A DNA stretch of 64,000 bases, taken from the NCBI RefSeq assembly GCF_006345805.1, contig NC_043010.1, forward strand, positions 33,046,001-33,110,000, read 5' to 3'. Below are positions 53,797 through 64,000 of this stretch, one piece after another; the first letter of the stretch is position 1, and the number at the start of each line of letters is the position of its first letter. Below the pieces are notes generated by a model. It was not told where the DNA came from and searched no databases. It saw only the letters and a list, made by a program, of their open reading frames with translations. The translations under genes were made by a program, and so were the position numbers. The stretch is from Octopus sinensis. Taxonomy: Eukaryota.

Positions 53797-54165
<369 letters not shown>

Positions 54166-55449
54166 TGTGTATGTTGTATGTGTGACTGTTAGAATGTATG
54201 ATGTGTAATTATATATATATGTATGTATGGTATGTTCCGTGTTCTGAGTGTACTGCACTGATTTGGCTTACGTACCTCAGCCCTGAGTTGATGACATGTT
54301 GACCTTCATCGACTTTCTTTGTGGTTCATTGAACTAAACATCTAAATTTACACTGGTCTCTATTCTTAGCCGGAATCTTTTAAATTTTATCTCTGCCATG
54401 TCAGTTCTGAGAATATTGTAGAAAATTTCACCAGCAATGCACTCACTGCTATCATAACTACAAACACACCACCACCATCACACCTCTACCACCATTCCTC
54501 TACCATCACTCTTCCACCATCGCATTTCCGCCACCACACCTCTACTATTATACCTCCACCATCACACCACTACCATCACACCACCACCATCACTCCTCCA
54601 CCATTACACCGCTATCATCGCCCTACCACTACTATACCTCTAACGTTACACTCACACTGCTGTCATTACCCTCACTTTTACCACACACCCCACTGCCAAC
54701 TACGCCAAAATTCCCCTAACCCCACCTCTATCCTCCACTATTTTTCTGAATGTTTTTGTTTGCTTCATTTACAGCCAAATCCAAAATACCTTTAGCAAAC
54801 TAGGAATCACTGCGCAGTCGCTCTACCTACTAAAATAACAGCCAAATTTCCCTCAAATCATAGGTTTATTCAATTAGAGTTATGCCTAACAGAAGCACGT
54901 GATAGTCGGAACACCTTTGATCTTAAGTTTGCTCAACAACAAATAACCAGAAATATTCCTGATTTTCTGAACGACTTCCAAAATAACAGAACATAAAAGC
55001 TAACAAAACTTCAAAAGTTGTTGACCAGTAAACAAATAAGAAAAAAAAATGCAACAATGCACGAGATCTTTTTTGTTGTTTTGTTTTTGTTTTTGTTTTA
55101 TTCTTGGGCCCATTGTTTCCATTTGTAAAATGAACGCTTTGCAATCATACTGTGAAATACCAAGTGCTGTATATTGTGCATCATCGGAAACTTCCTTCTC
55201 GTGCTAAAAGTGGCTGAAGAAGGAAACACAAAAGTAAACAACATTGATAATTGGAGATGAACTATCATTTTAAACAAAACATAGAATGAGGCATAAGTGT
55301 GTAAATGGCAGGGCATGATGAAGAGTAAAATAGTAATAAATGTTGAGTGAATAGCGAGGTCTGAAGTTGTGTGGATGTATTAGGTTGGAAAGAATGTTCT
55401 GTCGTGTTTCAAGATCGGTAAGAAACACGTTTCTTTTGTCTTAATATTT

Positions 55450-56260
55450 AATCCAGATATTTCCCCTGATTATTGATAATATAATCTCATGTATTTGTTC
55501 AAAGTGTTGATCCTTTGGGAATAAAATTTCTCAGATTTCGAAGCAAAGAAATACTCAGTTGCAATGATCTAAAAAGATGATTGTGAGATGGAGCAAGATC
55601 GGGAGAGCAAAGAAAATGAGAAAATTTCCAGATTTAGAGTCATAATCTTTTCTTGAATCACTTGGGCAATATGTGGTCTTGCATTATCATCTAAGAGCAA
55701 CACACTTTTAGGATTGACTGATGATGGGTACTTTTTCTTCAAATTTTTGTGAAATGCTTCCAGTTGACGACAAGACTTCGCGTTAACTGCTTCGCTTTGC
55801 TTTAATACTTCATAATAGACGACACCCTACATATACCATCAAATACAGAGCATAACTATTTTTAGAGTAATCCTAGTTTGAAGATGAGTGTCCATTTTTC
55901 ATTGGGTACTGACCAGTGTCATTTTCGTAAGATATGATTTTAGAGAACCCACTTTCCTTCACTTGTGGAAAGGTTTGGTTGCAAATCTAGTCTTCAATGA
56001 CGAGCAGAGGGCAACACTTTGATTAAGTCTAGTTGCAGTCAGATGATGAGAGATTCACTGATCAAGTTTAGACGCTTTTTCTAGTTCGTGAAGGTGCATT
56101 ATGATCAAAGTGTGACTTGAATCAAACTGTTTTGCCATCTCTTGCACTGTATGTTTTGGATTTTCCTCAACTACGGTTTTCAAAAATTCGTCAATCAGGA
56201 AAATCTGCGAGAGAAAACTTTCCCGACCGAAACTGGCCAAACCATCGTTGGTATGTCCTG
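55450..56260 (-). pseudogene. Degraded mariner (DD34D-type) transposase
   Basis: EFLKTVVEENPKHTVQEMA...HLHELEKASKLDQ, GKWVL, VMLCI*W..GVVYYEVL, VLLLDDNARPH, SPDLAPS.NHLFRSLQ. Confidence 0.85.
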
Positions 56261-56386
56261 ATACTTACAGCATCATTTCCATAAACGGAAAGAATAGTTC
56301 TTGCTGCATCCATTGCTGAAAATCCCCCTTTGGTTTCATACAGCATTCAGAGTCTGATATTGCTCTAATTCATCTTAAAAGGTTTC

Positions 56387-56480
56387 GAATTTGACCACTA
56401 TAGTATGACCATTTAATCGATATGAATTTGACCACTATAGTATGACCATTTAATCGATATGAATTTGACCACTATAGTAT
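56387..56480. repeat. Perfect 37-bp tandem repeat, 2.5 copies
   Basis: gaatttgaccactatagtatgaccatttaatcgatat at 56387 and 56424, partial at 56461. Confidence 0.92.
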
Positions 56481-56531
56481 AAAGTGATTCACAAAGAAAG
56501 AAAGAAATAAAGAAATAAAGAAAGAAAGAAA

Positions 56532-56576
<45 letters not shown>

Positions 56577-57488
56577 AACATTAGAATGTAAAATGTAATG
56601 CTTATTTTATCGTAAATATTGAAAAAATATTCTCAAAGTGATCATGACAAAACTACGGCAAGAATTTCTCTGCAATCTAATATCAACTATAATTGAATTA
56701 AGAAGGAATTAGTTCTCTGGTGGATTCAAGGCGAGAATAGAATGAGAGCCGGCAGACCGACCGCCGAGCCTAACTATACAGGAAGTTCTCACATCATACC
56801 GTAACCTTGTCAAATAAAATAAATGGAAAGGTAGAGGAATCGAGAAAGCAAAAAATGAATATTTCCAAACAAATAACACCCTCCCCACAAAATTGCTGGA
56901 CTTACACCAAAATTAGAAACCACTGTTTCAGTTGAGTTGTAAAACAATACAGTCAAAAGTTTGATATTTCATTTAAAGAAAATGATATGCAATTGTATTA
57001 TTTGATATTGGCAGAAATTTTAGAATTCTGAAATTCTAATCATAAACAGTGAGTTACAGTTAAAAACTCCAGACCAGAATGACATAGTGACATTCATACT
57101 GTACTGATTCCATAACGAAAGAAGAAAACATTCTCAGCAATTCATTCAAGTTGGCCCGAAAATCCTTATTATGAATAGATGAAGGCTCCAGAGCCAAAGT
57201 AAAGAGAAAAAGCAGTTGAATTCGGTGTGAAATATAGTTTAGTTTCTCTAGAGTAGACAGTGCTTCTAGATGACATCACAAGTACTGCTCGTTCCCCGCT
57301 ACGTCCCAGGTCTAATTATTTATATAGAATTACAATTTAACTAAACTTTGAAGCAGAGAGGTCATGTGTCCAATATGACGATCCTGCATTACCACTACAA
57401 CATCGAATCATTGAGTTTATATGACTTTAAGAGCTTCTAATAAAACCTTTTAGATGTTTCTAAATAACAAGCAATAAATGTCTGCATA

Positions 57489-57910
57489 GGCGCAGGCATG
57501 GCTATATGATAAGAAGCTTGCTTCACAATCACATGGTTCCGGGTTCAATCTCACTGCGTGGCACTTCAGGCAAGTGTCTTCTACTATAGCCTCGGGCCTA
57601 CCAAACCTTGTAAGGGGATTTGGTAGACGGAAACTCAAAGAAGCTAGTTGTATAAATATGTGTGTGTGCGCGCGCGTGTGTATCTTTATATCTGTCTTTG
57701 TCACCTCCCCTCCCCTACTATCACTTGATAACCGGTGCTGATATGTTTACGACCCCGTAACTTAGTGGTTTGACAAAAAGAGACCGGTAGAATAAATATC
57801 AGGCTTTAAAAATATAAGTACTCGGATCGATACATTCAACTAAAAATTCTTCAAGGGGGTGCCCCAGAATGGCCGCACTCTAATGACTAAAACAAGTAGA
57901 AGATAAAAGC
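57489..57910 (+). mobile_element. Family B-type SINE (variant)
   Basis: ggcgcaggcatggct...ggttcaatc...gatttggtagacggaaac...gactaaaacaagtag. Confidence 0.82.
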
Positions 57911-57946
57911 GAAACATCAAATTGTGAGTTGAGATAAATTATTGCA

Positions 57947-58356
57947 TACTCTTTTACTCTTTTACTTGTTTCAGTTATTTGACTGCGGCCATGCTGGAGC
58001 ACTGCCTTTCGTCGAGCAAATCGACCCCGGGACTTATTCTTTGTAAGCCCAGTACTTATTCTATCGATCTCTTTTGCCGAACCGCTAAGTGACGGGGACG
58101 TAAACACACCAGCATCGGTTGTCAAGCAATGCTAGGGGGACAAACACAGACACACAAACATACACACAAATACATATATATATACATATATACGACAGGC
58201 TTCTTTCAGTTTCCGTCTACCAAATCCACTCACAAGGCATTGGTCGGCCCGAGGCTATAGCAGAAGACACTTGCTCAAGATGCCACGCAGTGGGACTGAA
58301 CCCGGAACCATGTGGTTGGTAAGCAAGCTACTTACCACACAGCCACTCCTGCGCCT
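57947..58356 (-). mobile_element. Full family B SINE, tail-to-tail with the previous copy
   Basis: Reverse complement closely matches 20547-20960. Confidence 0.9.
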
Positions 58357-59332
58357 GTATGTAGTTTTTATTAAAGTGGCCGGGATATATCGCTAAATAT
58401 AGAGCTGTGATTTTAGCTTATACTAAAGACGTTAACGACTAACGATATTTGAAAACTTCAGCTGTTTTCTCTTGTGGAGTGCTTGACTAATTTTACGATA
58501 TATCATAGGATAAGAAAATTGAACATTATTGACCAAAAGCAGCCAGCATCCCCACATGCAGTTGCTTCCCATCATGCGATATTTGAGGAACTTGTCAACG
58601 CACATTATCTTACAGCTGATCAAATTGGCAAAAGCCATAAAATTGGTTTCCGGTGTAAATGTTTCCCACTGAAAATATTTTCCAATGACAACAAATGACA
58701 GTAGCTTCAAACACAATGATGAACGATCTGGCTAACACTTTTAGTGATTGATAATTCCATCGGAAATACATTTTCCTGTTATTTATGACCCAACGTCACT
58801 TCTCATAAAACAAAAGGGCTTCTGAAATTATCCAGAACTTCAAATGTAACTGAAGTTTTGATTTCATAAAACAATCAATGCATTGATAAAATACAAATCT
58901 CTCTACACAGTAACTTACACACGTAGGTATGGCTGGATGATTTAAAATCTTGTTTTGCAACCACGTGGTTACAGGTTCAGTCCTACTACGCGGCGTCTGG
59001 AGCAAGTGCTTTCTACAATAGACCCAGGTCGACTAACGCCTTGTGAATGAATTTGGTATACTGAAACTGTGTGGAAGCCCGTCGTATATATAACAAAAAA
59101 AAACAAAAAAAAATACAAAATACAAATTACATGAACATATAAAATTACAAATTACATGAACATATATAAACAGAAGATACAAATATTACAGGCATCCCCC
59201 ACATACACACACTAAATAAACATAAACGCACATAGAGATATAAGCATGCGCAAATGAAGACATACAATAGAAATACAAAATGGCTGACGGTTAGTAAGGA
59301 GAGACACAAATAAGTGAGAAGAAAACAAAGGA

Positions 59333-59372
59333 CCACTGATGCGGTCACAGGAGTGTGACGAAAGAACTCTGG
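59333..59372 (+). ncRNA. Minimal hammerhead ribozyme motif (A9>C variant)
   Basis: CCA-CUGAUGC-G-GUCAC(AGGAGU)GUGAC-GAAA-GAAC-UC-UGG; stems I and II perfect, CUC triplet. Confidence 0.6.
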
Positions 59373-59534
59373 CCGAAATAAGATTAAGATTAATGTAAAA
59401 AATAAATAACACTGAAGCAAAGTAACACCAAATATATAGTGCGTGTGTTTTTATTGGCTAAACTGGCAAAATGACCATTCCGAAATATAACAATATCTGT
59501 TTCAACACACGACTTCACATAAAAAAAATCTTGC

Positions 59535-59589
<55 letters not shown>

Positions 59590-59881
59590 TCATCATCATC
59601 GTGACCGACCAGGCTATCAGATGTTGCTACACATCGCTGGTCACAATGCTCTTCGCATTGTTTTAGCCTTCAAATGACGCCACCCCACTGGCTAAGCGAG
59701 CGGGCCAACAGAAGAAAGAGTGAGAGAAAGTTGTGGCAAAAGAGTAGAGCAGGTATCGTCACCACCCTCTGCCAGAGCCTCGTGGAGCTTTAGGTGTTTT
59801 CGCTCAATAAACACTCACAGCGCTTGGTCTGGGAATTGAAACCGCGAGTCTGCTGCCCTAATCACTGGGCCATTGCGCCTC
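59590..59881 (-). mobile_element. tRNA-derived SINE (family D) ending in a (GAT)n tail
   Basis: Minus-strand head ggaggcgcaatggcccagtgattagggc with B-box-like ggtttcaattccc; (cat)n on + at ~59585-59600. Confidence 0.7.
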
Positions 59882-59922
59882 CACACACACACACACACAC
59901 ACCACACACACACACACACACA

Positions 59923-60010
<88 letters not shown>

Positions 60011-60034
60011 GTTGTGCAATCTCTAGATAGAATT

Positions 60035-60430
60035 GTAACATATACTAAACAGTAAAGCGAGTAGCCACATCAAAGTGGCAGATCAATGTTACTACTAGTT
60101 TAACCCCAGGCAGATTCTCCGCTAGCTGGTTTTTGACGCAAGCTCTGCATCCTTTATGTACAATACATCGCTAGCAGGGGGACCGAACCCCTACTACTCT
60201 CCAACAGCTGACAGGATCGCTGCCCCGGCCGGTTTCGAGCTAGTTGGCTCACGTCAACCGCGCGCACTTATGCAGTGGAGTGAAGCTAAGATCCGCTTCT
60301 GCCAGCGATATATTATAAACAAAGTGACCATCGGTCACTGATTTGCAACAAGCAAAACACCCAGTTATAAAATCTCAAGAAGAGATAGAGTAGTAACGTA
60401 TACTAAACAGTACAACGAGTAGCTGCATCA
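60035..60430 (+). repeat. Copy of the unclassified repeat family seen at 21230-21614, ~1.1 tandem units
   Basis: Shared gccacatcaaagtggc, gttactactagt..aaccc and gaccatcggtcactgatttgcaacaagcaaaa blocks. Confidence 0.75.
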
Positions 60431-60794
60431 CTTTTGAGATGTTTTGTCATTGAACAAGTCGGGGTTTCAAAACGACGAAAATATTTTGACACAAATGAAA
60501 TTTAAATGTTAAAGTGAAATTAACTGTTTTTGTGTGTCCTTAAATGGCTTACAAACATCTCCAACGCTGCAATTGTTTTTGTTTCAGCACACGCTCTCAG
60601 ATCAAGTCACTTGCTATGCAAGAACATCTCCGTAAATTTTTTAGTACACTGTGGATAAATGCCAGCAATGACCTTCTCCGGCTCTCCAATATTTTAATTG
60701 CTAAACAGAAACAATCGAGGGGCAGTGGGAGTGGGATTGCAAAAAAGTCACAATTTCTCAAATTTTCTTTTTTATAGCATATAAATGTATTTAT

Positions 60795-60961
60795 GGGAGG
60801 AAAGGTACATTATTTACATTATTTACATTTGACGGATATTTGTCCTCATCTTGTTAGTTGTTAACACAACGTTTCGACTGATATACCCTCCAGGCTTCAT
60901 CAGGTGTCTTGGGGAAATTTCGAACCTGGGTTCTCATTCCTAAGGTATTTTTCGATGTTAC

Positions 60962-61023
<62 letters not shown>

Positions 61024-61112
61024 TCACTGCCTGGAATCGAACTCGGAATCTTGGGGTTAAGAGCGCGGGCTACTAACCCCAAGATTCCGAGTTCGATTCC
61101 AGGCAGCGACCT
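60795..61112 (-). mobile_element. Penelope pLTR-like repeat (hammerhead + (TAA)n + tRNA-like module) ending in a fold-back
   Basis: Hammerhead 60863-60908; (TTA)n 60963-61019; hairpin caggtcactgcctggaatcgaactcggaatcttggggtt...aaccccaagattccgagttcgattccaggcagcgacctg. Confidence 0.7.
60863..60908 (-). ncRNA. Minimal type I hammerhead ribozyme motif
   Basis: GACAC-CUGAUGA-A-GCCUG(10 nt)CAGUC-GAAA-CG-UU-GUGUU; intact core, palindromic ACGU stem III, one stem II mismatch. Confidence 0.75.
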
Positions 61113-64000
61113 GGCGTCACAATAAAAACACTGGTAATTGCGCAACCTGATAATCGCGACCTCATATGAGTGACAATGAAAGAACAAAATATTGTGAATA
61201 ACGGTGGTAATGAAATCGAAGCCAATGATGGTGACAGTGTTACACCCGGTAGGCTCAGAGACTCTGGACTGGCTCCAGCCTGTCGATATCCAGAAAGGGA
61301 CCACCACACACGGCATAGATGGAACGAGCAAATTAATGCAGTGGTCATGGAGTGTTACTAACTGAGCAGCTCGGTAGATGAAAATGGTGCTCAAATTAGG
61401 GGTTACCGACAACGTATGTATGATCATTGGAGAGAAAAGGGATTGTTTCAACTCACAGAACAGAGACTATGTGATCAAGCTAGAGCAATAAGGAAAAATT
61501 GTTGGTTCACTGAAGTAGGGCTCGAAGTTATCAAAAGACGGGTCATGGAAAATAGCAGCAGAGATAACAATGAAAATACAGTTCTTACTAATAAGAGTAA
61601 TCCCATAGGACAAGAAAGGAGCAGTGGTAGTTTACATGATGAGAGACATGTAGATGATCTAACAGAAGGCAATAAAACTAAAGGCCACATGACAAATGAA
61701 CAAAAGGCAATCTACGACAGAATAAAGGCAAGAATACAGGAGAACGATAACGACATTATTCGCAACCTTAAAAAGGTTGATCGATGGAAATTGAACCAAG
61801 AAACGAAAAATGTCAACGAAATTCTGAAATACATCAGAACAAACAACATCACAGAAACAAATAATTTATTCAAAGCAGCAAGTATTGTTGCAGCAGAAAA
61901 CGTGGGTGTTGATGTCAAGAAAGAGAAACATAATGGGAGCAACAAACAAAAAATCCATGGTGGAAAAGAAGAATCCAGGCAGGGTTAGACATGCTCTCAA
62001 AGGAAATATCTGTATTAGACTGAAAAGAGAAAGGGGAGCTTAAAAGTGAACAAAAATACAGGGCGCTGAAAAGGAAGTATAATATTGAAAGAAAGCGCCT
62101 GAAAGTAGTAGTAGAGGAACTGAAACAGCGTCTCGCTGCAAAGAAAGCAAAGATGGTAAGATACGACCAAAGAATGAAGGATTACCACCAGAATAGGTTA
62201 TTCAAAGTAGATCAGAAGAGATTCTATAAAGAAATAAAAGGAGAGTATACAGATGAAAAGTTGATATCAGATAATATTGAAAGTCAAAGGTTTTGGAGTG
62301 ACATCTGGAGCAAGACAAGGAGCACAAGAAGGGTGTTGAATGGTTGGAAGAACTGAAACAAAGAGTAGTCTGTCCAAAACAGGCAGAACTAGTCATTTCA
62401 GTTAGGGAATTGAAGGAAATAAGCAAAAAATGAGCAACTGGAAGGCCCTGGGACCAGATGGAGTTCAAGGCTACTGGATCAAAAGATTTGGTGAATGTCA
62501 TGCACGAATAGCCGCACAACTCAACACCTTGTTAAATGCCGATCAAGGAACACTAGAGTGGTTGACATTGGGTAGGACAGTGCTGTGCCTAAAAACATCG
62601 AAAAAGGCAATACTGTAGACAATTACAGGCCGATATCATGTTTGCCACTTATGTGGAAGTTATTGACTGGAATACTCACAGTTAATGGAAAAAAATGGAG
62701 TCCTGCCACATGAGCTGAAGGGTTGCAAGCGTAAGTGCAGAGGTACCAAGGATCGACTCCTGATAGACAAAACTGTACTTTGAGACTGCAAGAGGAGGAA
62801 AAGTAACTTAGCCATGTCATGGATCGACCATCGTAAGGCGTACGATATGATCCCACATTCTTTGATTATAGAGTGTATGAACTTATTTGGTATTGCATCG
62901 AATGTTGAGCGATTGGTTGGAAAAAGTATGGTGAATTAAAGGACGGACCTGACAGCATACGGAAGTTTAGGGACAGTAGAAATTAGGAGGGGCATCTTCC
63001 AAGGGGACTGCCGGTCCCTACTGATCTTTGTACTGTGCTGTATACCACTAACACTGATTCTGAGGAAAGCAAAAGCAGGGTGTGTATTCAAAAGCCGCCA
63101 GCAAAAAGTAAACCATTTGTTATTCATGAAGGACCTCAAACTTTATGGTAAAGATGAAGCCCAAGTCAGTTCCCTCGTTGATATGGTGTATACCTTCAGT
63201 GCTGATATCAGAATGGAGTTCGGACTGAGAAAGTGTGATATGTTAGTCTTGAAGCGAGGCAAAATCAAATGTATGAACAGGCTAACGATAACATCGAGGG
63301 AGATTATGAAGCAGATAGAAGAGACGGGCTATAAGTACTTGGGGATTATGGAAATGGATAAATTGATGGAGAAAGAAGTGACAGAAAAATTTAAGGTGGA
63401 GAACTTGCGCAGACTGAGACTTACCCTTAAGTCGAAATTAAATGGACGGAAAAGATCGAAGCTATCAACACCTGGGCGGTTTGTTTCCTTAGATATGGAG
63501 CAGGGGTGATCGCATGGACAGTAGACGAACTAAACAGCTTAGACAGAAAGACAAGGGAGTTGCTAACTAGATATGGGTCACTCTACCCAAAACGTGACAC
63601 AGACAGACTGTATGTACCAAGAAAAAGAGGGAGAAGAGGACTTATTGGATGCATTAGAGCAGAAGAAAACAACATAGCATGGTATGTAAAAAATGCCATA
63701 GAACCGCTATTATTAGAAGAAGAAAAGTTAGGCTTGTGTAGAATGAAAGATTGCAAAGATAAAGCACTGTACAAGAAATTGAAAACGAATGAAACTGAAA
63801 ATAGATGGGTAAAGAAAAGAATGCATGGTCAATTTCATAAGGATGTTGAAGATAAGACAAACAGAGAAAAAGATGGCTGTGGATGTCTAAAAGTGGTTTA
63901 AAACCCGGAAACGGAGGCTCTAATCTGTGCTGCCCAAGAGCAAGCACTAAGAACAAACTACATAAAATACAGAATAGACAACACAGCAAAAAGTGATAAG
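61113..64000 (+). mobile_element. Third R4/Dong-clade LINE including its N-terminal region; degraded, runs off the window end
   Basis: [87 protein letters not shown] (catalytic DD altered), YKYLG, RLYVPRKRGRRGL; many frameshifts. Confidence 0.9.

Noticed and set aside
56387-56480. 37-bp direct repeats of CRISPR-like length
   Set aside because: Head-to-tail with no spacers, no cas genes, eukaryotic context
61058-61112. Apparent tRNA gene
   Set aside because: The 5' arm is missing and it is part of a fold-back repeat; treated as a tRNA-like module

Overview
AT-rich, microsatellite-saturated eukaryotic DNA with no prokaryotic gene organisation. The (TA)n/(CA)n/(GATA)n/(TAA)n density and the SINE families suggest an octopus (coleoid cephalopod) genome; this is an inference from recalled repeat families, not a database result. 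Nearly all track ORFs are translations of simple repeats. The real content is decayed and nested transposable elements: three R4/Dong-clade LINEs with a restriction-like endonuclease; two copies of a ~1.18-kb non-autonomous Helitron plus Helitron helicase remnants; mariner, maT and hAT remnants; two MITEs; Penelope-like RT/GIY-YIG fragments; and many tRNA-derived SINEs. No TE ORF is intact. One convincing host coding exon (43395-43490, +) and two weaker candidates suggest the window is mostly intron of a large + strand gene. Highlights: (i) four sequence-unrelated minimal hammerhead ribozyme motifs with palindromic or near-palindromic stem III; (ii) a composite at 60.8-61.1 kb of hammerhead + (TAA)n + folded-back tRNA-like module, with an R4/Dong LINE starting where the mirrored (TAA)n tract is expected; (iii) a Helitron inserted at A|T inside the last codons of a maT transposase, whose removal restores GGNIE-stop; (iv) several long fold-back repeats. 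All analysis was done by eye.
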